Shown here: piece after piece, positions 19,117 through 28,990 of the stretch
Numbering within the stretch: the first letter of the stretch is position 1
How the letters are laid out: each line of letters starts with the position of its first letter
Source of the DNA: a bacterium
Lineage (GTDB): Bacteria > Sysuimicrobiota > Sysuimicrobiia > Sysuimicrobiales > Segetimicrobiaceae
Length of the DNA: 64,000 nucleotides
Direction of reading: 5' to 3'
Assembly (NCBI GenBank): GCA_035691305.1
Contig: DASSJF010000038.1
Location: 3,312 to 67,311 of the forward strand
Notes under the pieces: model-generated
The model's database searches: none
Told to the model about the DNA's origin: nothing
What the model saw: the letters and a program-made list of their open reading frames with translations, nothing else
Program-made: the position numbers and the translations under genes

Positions 19117-20057
19117 TCTTTGCGGACGTCCCGGTGTTTCAGGCGCACCGTGTAGCCGAGCGAGCGGATGAAGCGGGCGAGATCCTCGCCGATCACCACC
19201 GACCGGTGCTTGCCGCCGGTACATCCGATCGCGACGGTCAGGTGCGACTTGCCCTCGGCGGTGTACCGCGGCAGGAGGTAGCCCAGCAGATCGTGGAGGC
19301 GCCGCTGGAACTCGCGCGTGTCGTCCGAGCGCAGCACGTACTCGCGGACCTCCGGGCTGTTGCCCGGCAGCGCGCGGAGCGTCTCGACGTAGTGCGGGTT
19401 CGGCAGAAACCGCACGTCGAACACGAGGTCGGCGTCGAGCGGGATGCCGTACTTGTACCCAAACGACGTGACCCCGACGGTGAGCGTCCGCTGCGCGTCC
19501 GCCCGGACGAACGCCTCCGCCAGCTCCTCGCGCAGCTCGCGCGCGGTCAGCGTGGTCGTGTCGATGACCTTGTTGGCCCGTTCCTTGAGCGGCTGCAGGC
19601 GCCGGCGCTCGCTGCGAATCCCGTCGAGGATGCTGCTCCCGAGCGGGTGCTTGCGCCGGGTCTCCTCGAACCGCCGCACCAGCACCTCGTCGGACGCGTC
19701 CAGGAACACGATCTGAGCGCGGATGCCCATCCCCGCGAGCGCCTGGAGGGCCGCGTCGAGCGAGTCGAAGAACTCGCCGCCGCGCACGTCCATGACGAGG
19801 GCGACGCGCCGGATCCTGCCCTGCGACTCGCGGACGATCTCCGCGAACTTCGTCACGAGCGCGGGCGGCAGGTTGTCGACGCAGAAGAAGCCGAGATCCT
19901 CGAGCGCGTGCATGGCCTGGGACTTGCCGGCGCCGCTCAGTCCCGTGACGATGAGACACTCGATGTCGTCCGTGGCGGTCCGCGGAGCGACCCGGTCCGG
20001 CGCAGGGCCGCCGGCCGGGTCCCGGCCCTCCGCGGGCGCCGGCCGCAGCGATTTCAT
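19113..20057 (-). CDS. rapZ: RNase adapter / nucleotide-binding protein RapZ (YvcJ)
   Basis: C-terminal 314 codons of ORF 19113..20402. ATG at 20055-20057 overlaps the upstream TGA. Walker A TGLSGAGKSQ, conserved C-terminal GCTGGKHRSV motif. Confidence 0.85.
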   Translation of the reverse strand: MKSLRPAPAEGRDPAGGPAPDRVAPRTATDDIECLIVTGLSGAGKSQAMHALEDLGFFCVDNLPPALVTKFAEIVRESQGRIRRVALVMDVRGGEFFDSLDAALQALAGMGIRAQIVFLDASDEVLVRRFEETRRKHPLGSSILDGIRSERRRLQPLKERANKVIDTTTLTARELREELAEAFVRADAQRTLTVGVTSFGYKYGIPLDADLVFDVRFLPNPHYVETLRALPGNSPEVREYVLRSDDTREFQRRLHDLLGYLLPRYTAEGKSHLTVAIGCTGGKHRSVVIGEDLARFIRSLGYTVRLKHRDVRKE

Positions 20058-20395
20058 ACGTCCGCCACGAGGCGCGACAGAACGAAGCTGATCACGCTTA
20101 GAACGATGGCGCCGACGAAGGCCGCGAGCGCGCTCGTCAGGACGAGTTGATGCGTCGTGACCGCGACGATCCAGAGCATGAAGGCGTTGACGACGAAGGT
20201 GAAGAGGCCGAGCGTCAGAATGTTGAGCGGCAGCGTCAGCAGCAGGACGATCGGCCGCAGCACCGCGTTGACGACACCGAGCACCAGCGCGGCCAGCACG
20301 GTCCCGCCGAAACTGGTGACCTCGACGCCGGGCACGACCCGCGTCGTCAGGTAGAGCGCCACGGCGTTGATCAGCCAGCGGATCAGAAATCCCAT
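20054..20395 (-). CDS. Small four-helix membrane protein (phage-holin-4-like / YvlD-like family)
   Basis: 113 aa, ATG 20393-20395, all-hydrophobic with 3-4 TM helices; first gene of the holin-like/rapZ/yvcK string. Confidence 0.55.
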   Translation of the reverse strand: MGFLIRWLINAVALYLTTRVVPGVEVTSFGGTVLAALVLGVVNAVLRPIVLLLTLPLNILTLGLFTFVVNAFMLWIVAVTTHQLVLTSALAAFVGAIVLSVISFVLSRLVADV

Positions 20396-20430
20396 ATTCC
20401 ATCCATTATAACAGGCCCCGGCACCCTGCC

Positions 20431-20453
20431 CTCACGGCCCCGTTACGGGGCCG
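20431..20453 (-). terminator. Perfect 10-bp stem hairpin (CACGGCCCCG-TTAC-CGGGGCCGTG) downstream of sucD
   Basis: Palindrome seen directly, 48 nt past the sucD stop. No clear U-tract, so it is a candidate terminator or RNA-stability element. Confidence 0.45.
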
Positions 20454-20500
20454 TGGCCGGAACCCGCGCGATGCACCGCCGGGCGGGCGCCGGCGCCAGG

Positions 20501-21367
20501 CTAGAGGCGGGCACGCACCAACGCGGGAACCTGGCTCACCAACTGCGCGACCCCCACACCGGCGGCTTCGAGCGCCGCGACCTTGTGCTGCGCGGTGCCC
20601 TCGGTGCCGGAGATGACCGCGCCGGCGTGCCCCATCCGCTTGCCCGGCGGAGCCGTGCGGCCGGCGATGTACGAGACGACGGGTTTCTTCAGCGACCGCG
20701 CGATGTAGCGCGCCGCGTCTTCCTCCGCGCTGCCCCCGATCTCACCGATCAGCACGACCGCCTTGGTCTCGGGATCGGCGCCGAACCACTCCAGCGCCTC
20801 GACGAACGACGTCCCGGCGACGGGATCACCGCCGAGCCCGACCGCCGTCGTTTGCCCGAGGCCGGCGCGCGTCAGGCCGGCGACGACCTCGTAGGTCAGC
20901 GTGCCGCTGCGCGAGACGACCCCTACGGGCCCCGGCGTAAACAGGTGCCACGGCATGATGCCGACCCGGCACTGACCGGCGGTCGTGACGCCCGGCCCGT
21001 TGGGCCCGAGGACGCGCACCCCCTGGCGGCGCGCGTAGGCAACGACGTCGATCGCGTCGTGCACCGGGAGGCCTTCGGTGATCGTAACGACGGGGTCGAG
21101 GCGCGACGCGATCGCCTCCAGCGCCGCCTCCCTCGCGAACCGCGCCGGCACGAAGATCACGCAGGCGTTGGCCCCGGTCTCCCGCACCGCTTCGTCGATC
21201 GTGTCGAAGACCGGGACGTCGTGGACCCGCTGCCCGCCCTTGCCGGGGGTGACACCGGCGACGACGGCCGTCCCCGCGTCGAGGCTCTGCTTGGCGTGGA
21301 ACGCGCCTTGGTACCCGGTGATCCCCTGGACGAGCAGCCGGGTCTCCCGGCCGACGAGGACGGCCAT
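20501..21367 (-). CDS. sucD: Succinyl-CoA synthetase alpha subunit
   Basis: C-terminal 288 codons of ORF 20501..22075, ATG 21365-21367 ([24 protein letters not shown]...). CoA-binding and active-site His blocks conserved. Confidence 0.95.
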   Translation of the reverse strand: MAVLVGRETRLLVQGITGYQGAFHAKQSLDAGTAVVAGVTPGKGGQRVHDVPVFDTIDEAVRETGANACVIFVPARFAREAALEAIASRLDPVVTITEGLPVHDAIDVVAYARRQGVRVLGPNGPGVTTAGQCRVGIMPWHLFTPGPVGVVSRSGTLTYEVVAGLTRAGLGQTTAVGLGGDPVAGTSFVEALEWFGADPETKAVVLIGEIGGSAEEDAARYIARSLKKPVVSYIAGRTAPPGKRMGHAGAVISGTEGTAQHKVAALEAAGVGVAQLVSQVPALVRARL

Positions 21368-22497
21368 CAGCCGCGGCCCGCCGCGCCGGAGGTCCCGCCG
21401 CGCGCCAGCGCCACCGCGGCGCGCGCGCCTTCTTCCGGATCGATGCCGACCGTGATGCCCGCCGCCTTGAGAATTTCGCGGGCCTCCACCTCGTTCGTGC
21501 CGGTGAGCCGGATGCTCGCCGGCACGCGCGGCGGCCGCGTCACGATGCCGCGTGCGATGTCGTCGCAGCGCGTGATCCCGCCGAAGATGTTGATGAACAG
21601 CGCGCGGACGCCGGGCTTGCGCTGCACGAGCTCGATCGCGGCCTGCATGCCCTCCTCGCTCGCGCCGCCGCCGACGTCGAGGAAGTTGGCCGCCCGGCCG
21701 CCGAAATGCGCCAGGAGATCGAGCGTGCTCATGACGAGGCCGGCGCCGTTCCCGATCACCGCGATGTCGCCGTCCAGTTCGACGTAGGAGAGGCCGTGCT
21801 CGCGCGCCTCGCGCTCGAGGGCCGTCATCTCCTCCGACGGCGGCCGGTCGTTGTGCCGGTAGGCCGCGTTGTCGTCGAGGACGAGTTTGGCATCCACGCA
21901 CAGCAGGTGGCCGCCGACGCGCGCGAGGGGATTGATCTCCGCGAGGTCCGCGTCTTCGTCCCGGTACAGCCGGTACAGCGTGGCCGCGATCCCGGTGAAC
22001 TCCTCGAGCAGCGGGCCGGTGAAGCCGAGCCGCCGCCCCAACCCCCGCGCGGCGAAGGCGGGCACGCCCAGGCACGGGTCCACGTCCAGGCGCGCGATCC
22101 TTTCCGGGGTCTCGCGCGCGACGGTCTCGATCTCGACGCCGCCCGACGCAGAGGCGATGCCCGCGGCCCGGCGCGGGCCGCGGTCGGTCACGAACGCGAG
22201 ATAGTACTCGGCCTCGATCTCCGCCGCCGGCACCACGAGGACGCGGCCGACGCGCTCGCCTTTGATGTCCATGCCGAGGATCGCCCGGGCGTGCGTCTCC
22301 GCCTCCGCGGGAACCTTGGCCAGCTTCACCCCGCCGGCCTTGCCCCGGCCGCCGACCAGCACCTGGGCCTTCACGACCACCGGGTATTGAATGGAGAGGC
22401 CGCGCACCGCCTCCGGCCGGTCGACGACGGTGCCCGTCTGGACGGGCAGACCGTAGCGCGCGAACACCTCTTTGGCCTGATACTCGTGCAGCTTCAT
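21367..22497 (-). CDS. sucC: Succinyl-CoA synthetase beta subunit
   Basis: 376 aa, [19 protein letters not shown]..., ATP-grasp; its stop overlaps the sucD start by 1 nt. Confidence 0.95.
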   Translation of the reverse strand: MKLHEYQAKEVFARYGLPVQTGTVVDRPEAVRGLSIQYPVVVKAQVLVGGRGKAGGVKLAKVPAEAETHARAILGMDIKGERVGRVLVVPAAEIEAEYYLAFVTDRGPRRAAGIASASGGVEIETVARETPERIARLDVDPCLGVPAFAARGLGRRLGFTGPLLEEFTGIAATLYRLYRDEDADLAEINPLARVGGHLLCVDAKLVLDDNAAYRHNDRPPSEEMTALEREAREHGLSYVELDGDIAVIGNGAGLVMSTLDLLAHFGGRAANFLDVGGGASEEGMQAAIELVQRKPGVRALFINIFGGITRCDDIARGIVTRPPRVPASIRLTGTNEVEAREILKAAGITVGIDPEEGARAAVALARGGTSGAAGRG

Positions 22498-22516
22498 GAA
22501 ACGGCCGCCGGTCGGG

Positions 22517-23455
22517 CTACAGCTTCAGCAGGGCGACGTTCTCACGGATGCCGGCGACCGCGGCGTCGAACGCCTTCCGCTCGTCGGGCGCAAGCGGCGC
22601 CTCAAAGATCCGCTCGACGCCGCCGGCGCCCAGGACGACCGGCGTCCCCACGTAGAGATCGCGAACACCGTACTGGCCGGTGAGATGCGCGGAAACCGGC
22701 AGCACGCGCTTTCGGTCGAACAGGATCGCCTCGACCATCTGCGTGATGGCGGCGCCGGGCGCGAAGAACGCGCTGCCCGTCTTGAGCAGATTCACGATCT
22801 CCGCGCCGCCCTTGCGGGTCCTCTCCACGACCGCGGCGATCCGGTCGGGAGGCAGCCACTTTGCGAGCGGCAGGCCGCCGATCGTCGCCAGGCTGGCGAG
22901 CGGCACCATGTGGGTGTCGCTGTGCGCGCCCACGACCATCGCCGAAACATCCAGCACGGACACCCCGGCGGCTTCGGCGATGAACGTCCGGAACCGTGTG
23001 CTGTCCAGCGCGCCGCTCTGGCCGATGACGCGCTCCGGCGGGAAGCCGCTGACCTTGTAGGCAAGGTAGACCATCGCGTCGAGCGGGTTCGTGACGACGA
23101 TCAGGCACGCATCCGGGGACCGCTTCGTCAATTCCTGCGTGACGCCGCGGACGATGCCCGCGTTGACGTTGAGCAAATCCTCCCGGCTCATGCCCGGCTT
23201 GCGCGCGACGCCGGCGACAAGCACCATGACGTCGGAGCCCTCGGTCTCGTCGTACTTGTTGGTCCCGACGAGACGGAGGTCGAAGCCCTCGATCGGCCCG
23301 GCCTCGCTCAGGTCGAGCGCCTTGCCCTGCGGCATGCCCTCGATGACGTCGACGAGCACCACGTCGGCGAGGCGGCGCGAGACGATCCACTGGGCCGCGG
23401 AGTGCCCGACGTTGCCGGCGCCGACGATCGAGACTTTCGCGCGGGTGCGTGCCAC
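22517..23455 (-). CDS. mdh: Malate dehydrogenase (LDH-like family)
   Basis: C-terminal 312 codons of ORF 22517..24085, GTG at 23453-23455 with GGGGAG RBS ((V)ARTRAKVSIVGAGNVG...). Catalytic and substrate Arg and His blocks present. Confidence 0.9.
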   Translation of the reverse strand: MARTRAKVSIVGAGNVGHSAAQWIVSRRLADVVLVDVIEGMPQGKALDLSEAGPIEGFDLRLVGTNKYDETEGSDVMVLVAGVARKPGMSREDLLNVNAGIVRGVTQELTKRSPDACLIVVTNPLDAMVYLAYKVSGFPPERVIGQSGALDSTRFRTFIAEAAGVSVLDVSAMVVGAHSDTHMVPLASLATIGGLPLAKWLPPDRIAAVVERTRKGGAEIVNLLKTGSAFFAPGAAITQMVEAILFDRKRVLPVSAHLTGQYGVRDLYVGTPVVLGAGGVERIFEAPLAPDERKAFDAAVAGIRENVALLKL

Positions 23456-23472
23456 CGTTGAAACTCCCCTTT

Positions 23473-24231
23473 CTACGTGCCGCGGGGCTCCTTGCGGCCG
23501 CCGAAGGCCCGGAGCAGGGCGCGCCACGGGTCGAAGTGATCGTCCGCGGTGCGCTCCTTCAGCGGGATGATCGCGTTGTCCGTGATGTGGATGCTTTCCG
23601 GGCAGACCTCTTCGCAGCACTTCGTGATGTTGCAGTACCCGATGCCGCCCTTGCCCGCGAGCAGGTCGGTCCGGGTCAGCGTGTCTTTCGGATGCATCTC
23701 GAGGGCGGCGATGCGCACCATGAACCGCGGGCCGTAGTAGCGATCCGTGCCGTGATGCTCGCGCAGGACGTGACAGACGTCCTGGCACAGGAAGCACTCG
23801 ATGCACTTCCGGAACTCGAACAGCCGCTCCACGTCGAGCGGCGTCATGCGCCACTCCTTCGAACGCGCGTCCTCGGCCGAAGGCGTGAACGGCGGGATCT
23901 CCTTGTTCACGCGGTAGTTCCACGAGACGTCGGTGACGAGGTCCTTGAGGAGCGGAAACACCTTGATCGGCCGCACCGTGATCGGCGCGCCGTGAAAGTC
24001 GTCCACGCGGGTCTTGCACATGAGCCGCGGCTTGCCGTTGATCTCGGCGCTGCAGGAGCCGCATTTGGCCGCCTTGCAGTTCCACCGGCAGGCCAACGTC
24101 GAGTCGAAATGCGCCTGAATGTGATGCATCGCGTCGAGGACGACCATGCCCTCCATCGGCGGCACGGCGTACTCCTTGAGGTCGCCGCCTTTCGCGTCGC
24201 CCCGGAAGACGTGGAAGATCTGATCGGCCAT
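23473..24231 (-). CDS. sdhB: Succinate dehydrogenase iron-sulfur subunit
   Basis: C-terminal 252 codons of ORF 23473..25389, ATG 24229-24231 (MADQIFHVFRGDAKGG...). 2Fe-2S (CRWNCKAAKCGSC) and 4Fe/3Fe cysteine clusters (CIECFLCQDVC, CNITKCCEEVCP). Confidence 0.9.
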   Translation of the reverse strand: MADQIFHVFRGDAKGGDLKEYAVPPMEGMVVLDAMHHIQAHFDSTLACRWNCKAAKCGSCSAEINGKPRLMCKTRVDDFHGAPITVRPIKVFPLLKDLVTDVSWNYRVNKEIPPFTPSAEDARSKEWRMTPLDVERLFEFRKCIECFLCQDVCHVLREHHGTDRYYGPRFMVRIAALEMHPKDTLTRTDLLAGKGGIGYCNITKCCEEVCPESIHITDNAIIPLKERTADDHFDPWRALLRAFGGRKEPRGT

Positions 24232-24245
24232 CGCGCTTCGCTCTC

Positions 24246-25985
24246 CTACCGCACAGACTTGACGACGGTCTGGCCCTGCACGAGCTTCGCGAGCTCGGGC
24301 GGCATCTGCGGCACCGGCCGCGTTCGTACCGCCATCCGGCCGTTCTCCTTGACGGCGATCATGTTCTTCTGGCCCCAGTCCGCGTTCTGGTCGGGAAAGT
24401 CGAGCCGCCAATGCGAGCCGCGGCTCTCCCGGCGTTCGATCGCGCAGCGGAAGATCGCCTCCGCGAGCGTCAGCATGAACCGGACGTCGCGGCATTCGTG
24501 CCAGCCGGGGTTGAACAGCATCGACCCGCCGACGTGCAGCCGCTCCGCGCGCGCCTGGAGCGCGAGCAGCTTGTCGAGCCCCTGTTGCAGCCCCTCGCCC
24601 GTCCGCGCGATGCCGGCGTGTTCCGCCATGATCGCCTGGAGGCCCTCGTGAACGGCGTACGGGTTCTCGCTGCCGTCGCCCTCGAACGGCCGGCGGAGCA
24701 GGGTCCGCTCCTCGTCCGCCTGCGCGTCGTCGACGCGCGGCATCCCGGACACGCCTTTCACGTACTGCGCGGCGTGCTCGCCGGCGCGCTTGCCGAAGAC
24801 GATCAGATCGCTCAGGGAGTTGCCGCCGAGCCGGTTCGCACCGTGGAGGCCCGCCGCGACCTCGCCGGCCGCGAAGAGCCCGGGAACCGTCGACTGGCCG
24901 GTGCCCGCCTCGACCCGCACGCCGCCCATCACGTAATGGATGGTGGGCGCCACTTCCATCGGCGACTTTGTGATGTCGATGTCGGCCAGCTTGTGGAACT
25001 GCTCCCACATGCTCGGCAGCTTCCGTTTGATGGCCTCCGCGTCGAGGTGCGTGATCTCGAGCCAGGCACCGCCGTGCGGCGTCCCGCGGCCCGCCTGGAC
25101 CTCCTTGTAGATCGACCGCGCAACCACGTCGCGGCTGCTGAGGTCCTTCTTCACGGGATCGTAGCGCTCCATGAAGCGCTCGCCCTCGGAGTTGCGGAGG
25201 ATCCCGCCCTCGCCGCGCACCGCCTCCGTGACCAGAATCCCTTTCACCCCGGGCGGCCACACCATCCCGGTCGGGTGGAACTGGACCATCTCCATGTCCA
25301 TGAGCTCGGCGCCGGCCTCGTAGGCCATCGCGCAGCCGTCGCCGGTGCACTCCCAGGAGTTGCTGGTCACCTTGTACAGCTTGCCCCAACCGCCGGTCGC
25401 GAGCACGACCGCCTTCGCGCGGAACACGACGAACCGTCCGGTCTCGCGGACGTACCCGAACGCCCCGGCGATGCGGTCGCCGTCCTTGAGGAGGCGGGTG
25501 AGCGTCACTTCCATGTGCACGTCGATGCCGCAGTGGATCGCCTTATCCTGGAGCGTGCGGATCATCTCCAGGCCGGTCCGGTCGCCTACGTGGCACAAGC
25601 GGCGGTAGGTGTGGGCACCGAACGGCCGCTGAAGAATGCGGCCGTCCGGCGTGCGGTCGAAGAGACCGCCCCAGTGCTCCAACTCGTAGACGCGCTCGGG
25701 CGCCTCTTTGGCGAAAAACTCCACCATGCGATAGTCGTTGATCATCTGCCCGCCGCGCATGGTGTCGCCGAAGTGCACTTCCCAGTTGTCCTGTGAGTCG
25801 ACGTTGCCGAGCGCCGCCGCGATGCCGCCTTCGGCCATGACCGTGTGGGCTTTTCCGAGGAGCGACTTGCACACGAGTCCGACCGACACGCCGCCATCGG
25901 CGGCCGCGATCGCGGCGCGCAGGCCGGCGCCGCCCGCACCGACGATCAGAACGTCGTACTGGCGCTCGTCGTACCAATCAGCCAC
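24246..25985 (-). CDS. sdhA: Succinate dehydrogenase flavoprotein subunit
   Basis: C-terminal 579 codons of ORF 24246..26720, GTG 25983-25985 with GGGGAG RBS. FAD-binding DVLIVGAGGAGLRAA and covalent-FAD His region; the upstream part of the ORF is an out-of-frame overlap with sdhC. Confidence 0.95.
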   Translation of the reverse strand: MADWYDERQYDVLIVGAGGAGLRAAIAAADGGVSVGLVCKSLLGKAHTVMAEGGIAAALGNVDSQDNWEVHFGDTMRGGQMINDYRMVEFFAKEAPERVYELEHWGGLFDRTPDGRILQRPFGAHTYRRLCHVGDRTGLEMIRTLQDKAIHCGIDVHMEVTLTRLLKDGDRIAGAFGYVRETGRFVVFRAKAVVLATGGWGKLYKVTSNSWECTGDGCAMAYEAGAELMDMEMVQFHPTGMVWPPGVKGILVTEAVRGEGGILRNSEGERFMERYDPVKKDLSSRDVVARSIYKEVQAGRGTPHGGAWLEITHLDAEAIKRKLPSMWEQFHKLADIDITKSPMEVAPTIHYVMGGVRVEAGTGQSTVPGLFAAGEVAAGLHGANRLGGNSLSDLIVFGKRAGEHAAQYVKGVSGMPRVDDAQADEERTLLRRPFEGDGSENPYAVHEGLQAIMAEHAGIARTGEGLQQGLDKLLALQARAERLHVGGSMLFNPGWHECRDVRFMLTLAEAIFRCAIERRESRGSHWRLDFPDQNADWGQKNMIAVKENGRMAVRTRPVPQMPPELAKLVQGQTVVKSVR

Positions 25986-26035
25986 GAGACCGTCTCCCCT
26001 CACGCCCGCCTGCGGGCGCTCGACCCGCCGGTTTC

Positions 26036-26773
26036 CTAGAACAGCTTCGGGTCGCCGATTATCCCCGCGCCCAACAACCTGATGAACACGTCCGCGAGTC
26101 CGACGGAGAACAGGCTCAGCCAGGCCCACGCGGCGTGGTGGACCGTGAGCCGGCTGACCCCCTGCCGCAGGCGCGCCCGGAGCAGGCCGCCCCGCGCGCA
26201 GGAGAAGCAGTCGAGATTCCCGCCGACAAGGTGCCGGCACGCGTGGCACCCGAACGTATAGCCGGAGAGCAGAATCACGTTCACGAGGAACAACAGCGAG
26301 CCGAAGTGGACCGTGAACACGCCGTTTTGGAAGAACGTATCGATCGCGTCCTTCCAGAGAAAGAGCAGCACGATGATCGCCGCGTAGAGAAAGTACCGGT
26401 GGAAGTTGCTGAGGACGAACGGGAACCGCGTCTCGCCCGTGTAGCCGCCGCGCCGCTCCGGGATCATGCACGAGACCGGGTCCATGAAGTACGAGCGGTA
26501 GTACGCCTTGCGGTAGTAGTAGCACGTCGCGCGGAATCCGAGCGGCGCCCACAGCACCCAAAACGCGGGTGAGATCGGAATCCCGTTGATCCGCACCGGC
26601 GGCGAGTAGAACGGCGACAGGTAGGGAGCGACGTAGCCGTGTCCCTGCAGCGCGACCCAGATCGAATAGACGCCGAAGGCCGTCAGCACGGTGACGGTCG
26701 CCGCCGGCTGCAACCACCACGGAATCGCGGGAGCAGACGAACCGTGCGGATTGCGGAGTGCCTGATCGCTCAT
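26036..26773 (-). CDS. sdhC: Succinate dehydrogenase cytochrome b subunit (single-subunit, 5-TM, Bacillus b558 type)
   Basis: 245 aa polytopic membrane protein immediately upstream of sdhA-sdhB, with His residues in the TM helices; no separate sdhD, consistent with a type-B SQR anchor. Confidence 0.7.
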   Translation of the reverse strand: MSDQALRNPHGSSAPAIPWWLQPAATVTVLTAFGVYSIWVALQGHGYVAPYLSPFYSPPVRINGIPISPAFWVLWAPLGFRATCYYYRKAYYRSYFMDPVSCMIPERRGGYTGETRFPFVLSNFHRYFLYAAIIVLLFLWKDAIDTFFQNGVFTVHFGSLLFLVNVILLSGYTFGCHACRHLVGGNLDCFSCARGGLLRARLRQGVSRLTVHHAAWAWLSLFSVGLADVFIRLLGAGIIGDPKLF

Positions 26774-26904
26774 GGGAACCTTCCGGTTTGGTCGACTGGG
26801 CGATTCAAGGGACGCTGCTCGACTTTTCGGGTCACACGAAGGGGTTTCCTCCCCCGCGGCATACTATACGCGCGGGCCCGCTCGTCTTAGCGTGGAGGAC
26901 GACT

Positions 26905-27756
26905 TTGAACTTCAGCGACATCCTCTGGATCCTGTTCGCCATCTCGTTCATTCAGCCGATCCTCCAGCGCCAGTGGCAGCAGGTCGCGCGCATCCGCGCG
27001 CTGCAGGGCCTCGAGCGATCGCGCGGGACCCGCGCGATCGCGCTGATCCACCGGCAGGAAACGATCAGCCTCCTCGGCATCCCGCTCGCCCGCTACATCG
27101 ACATTCAGGACTCCGAGGACGTGCTGCGCGCGATCCGCCTCACGCCGCCGGACCTGCCGATCGACGTGATCATGCACACGCCCGGCGGCCTGGTGCTGGC
27201 GGCGGAGCAGATCGCCCGCGCGCTGCGCAGCCACGAAGGCCGCGTCACCGTCTTCGTGCCGCACTACGCGATGTCCGGTGGGACACTGATCGCGCTGGCC
27301 GCGGACGAGATCGTCATGGACGCGCACGCGGTGCTGGGCCCGGTCGATCCGCAGCTCGGCCAGTACCCGGCCGCGTCGATCGTCGGCGTCGTGGAGCGCA
27401 AGCCGATCGAGCGGGTGGACGACGACACGCTCATTCTCGCGGACGTCGCGAAGAAGGCGCTGCGCCAGGTCCACGCCGCGGTCGTGGAGCTCGCGGCGCG
27501 GCGCCTCTCGCCCGAGCAGGCGAACGCCCTGGCGGACCAGCTCGCGACCGGCCAGTGGACGCACGACTACCCGATCACGGTCGACGAAGCGCGGGGGCTC
27601 GGCTTCACCGTTTCCACGGAGATGCCGCGCGGCGTGTACGAACTGATGGAGCTGTACCCGCAGGCCGGCAACCGGCGGCCGTCCGTACAGTACGTGCCGC
27701 TGCCGTACCGTGGCCCCGCCGCCCCGCCGCTGCCGCGAGGCGGCGAGCGCAAGTAG
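26905..27756 (+). CDS. SDH-family Clp-fold serine protease (SppA/ClpP-like, PF01972-like)
   Basis: In-frame part of ORF 26758..27756 from a TTG at about 26905 (GGAGG 6 nt upstream): (L)[20 protein letters not shown]..., N-terminal TM helix then protease core (HTPGG...[16 protein letters not shown]). The competing Arg-rich frame 26772..27794 was rejected. Confidence 0.6.
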   Translation: MNFSDILWILFAISFIQPILQRQWQQVARIRALQGLERSRGTRAIALIHRQETISLLGIPLARYIDIQDSEDVLRAIRLTPPDLPIDVIMHTPGGLVLAAEQIARALRSHEGRVTVFVPHYAMSGGTLIALAADEIVMDAHAVLGPVDPQLGQYPAASIVGVVERKPIERVDDDTLILADVAKKALRQVHAAVVELAARRLSPEQANALADQLATGQWTHDYPITVDEARGLGFTVSTEMPRGVYELMELYPQAGNRRPSVQYVPLPYRGPAAPPLPRGGERK

Positions 27757-27775
27757 CGGAGGCACAGGAGAACCG

Positions 27776-28990
27776 ATGGCCAGGATCAAGGTGAAAAATC
27801 CGATCGTGGAGATGGACGGCGACGAGATGACGCGGATCATGTGGCACTGGATCCGCGAGCGGCTCATCCTGCCCTACCTCGACCTCGACCTAAAGTACTA
27901 CGATCTCTCGATCCAGAAACGCGACGAGACCGAGGACCGCATCACGGTCGACGCCGCGAACGCGGTGCGCGAGTACGGCGTCGGCGTAAAGTGCGCCACG
28001 ATCACCCCGGACGAGGCGCGCGTCAAAGAGTTCACGCTCAAACAGATGTGGCGCAGCCCGAACGGCACCATCCGCAACATCCTCGACGGCACGATCTTCC
28101 GCGAGCCGATCATCTGCCGCAACGTGCCGCGAATCGTCCCGCAGTGGGACAAGCCGGTCGTGGTGGCCCGCCACGGCTTCGGCGACCAGTACCGGGCGCA
28201 AGATTTCCGGTTTCCGGGTCCGGGCACGCTCACGGTGTCGTGGACGCCCGCGGCCGGCGCGGCGCCGATCGCACGCGAGATCATCAAAGCCGACGGGCCC
28301 GGCGTCGTGCTCGGCATGTTCAACCTCGACAGCTCGATCCGCGGCTTCGCGCACGCGTGCTTCAACTACGCGCTCGACCGCGGGTACCCGGTGTATCTCT
28401 CGACCAAGAACACGATCCTCAAGGCGTACGACGGCCGGTTCAAGGACATCTTCCAGGAGGTCTTCGACGCGGAGTTCCGCGCAAGATTCGAGGCCGCGGG
28501 GCTCACCTACGAGCACCGGCTCATCGACGACATGGTCGCCGCGAGCCTCAAGTGGACCGGCGGGTACCTGTGGGCATGCAAGAACTACGACGGCGACGTG
28601 CAGTCGGACACGGTGGCACAAGGCTACGGTTCGCTTGGGCTGATGACGTCGGTCCTCACCTCGCCGGACGGCAAGGCCGTGGAAGCGGAAGCGGCCCACG
28701 GCACGGTCACGCGACACTACCGGTTGCACCAGCAGGGCAAGCCGACGTCGACGAACCCGATCGCGTCGATCTACGCGTGGACCCGCGGGCTGCAGTACCG
28801 CGGCCGGATGGACGAGACGCCGGCCGTAATGGACTTCGCGCTGTCGCTGGAACGCGTGTGCGTCGAAACGGTCGAGAGCGGCAAGATGACGAAAGATCTG
28901 GCGATCCTGATCGGCCCGAACGAGCCGTTTCTGACAACCGAGGCCTTCATGGACGAAATCGACAAGGGGCTCAAGCGCCGCGTCGTCTGA
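27776..28990 (+). CDS. icd: NADP-dependent isocitrate dehydrogenase (eukaryotic-like IDH1/2 subfamily)
   Basis: ORF 27710..28990 trimmed to ATG 27776-27778 (GGAGG...AGGAG RBS): [23 protein letters not shown]... with strong similarity across the whole IDH subfamily II. Confidence 0.95.
   Translation: MARIKVKNPIVEMDGDEMTRIMWHWIRERLILPYLDLDLKYYDLSIQKRDETEDRITVDAANAVREYGVGVKCATITPDEARVKEFTLKQMWRSPNGTIRNILDGTIFREPIICRNVPRIVPQWDKPVVVARHGFGDQYRAQDFRFPGPGTLTVSWTPAAGAAPIAREIIKADGPGVVLGMFNLDSSIRGFAHACFNYALDRGYPVYLSTKNTILKAYDGRFKDIFQEVFDAEFRARFEAAGLTYEHRLIDDMVAASLKWTGGYLWACKNYDGDVQSDTVAQGYGSLGLMTSVLTSPDGKAVEAEAAHGTVTRHYRLHQQGKPTSTNPIASIYAWTRGLQYRGRMDETPAVMDFALSLERVCVETVESGKMTKDLAILIGPNEPFLTTEAFMDEIDKGLKRRVV

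Noticed and set aside
19117-19959. Upstream extension of the 758-aa ORF containing yvcK
   Set aside because: The extension overlaps rapZ out of frame and is Arg/Pro/Ala-rich junk. yvcK homology begins at the ATG that overlaps the rapZ stop.
26774-26904. Promoters in the sdhC / SDH-protease divergent region (TATAGT and TACTAT -10-like hexamers)
   Set aside because: No acceptable -35 partner at 16-18 nt was found for either, so they were not listed as features.
26772-27794. 340-aa Arg-rich plus-strand ORF overlapping the SDH-family protease
   Set aside because: Alternate frame of the protease gene with no domain signal. The protease frame has the RBS-TTG start and family motifs.
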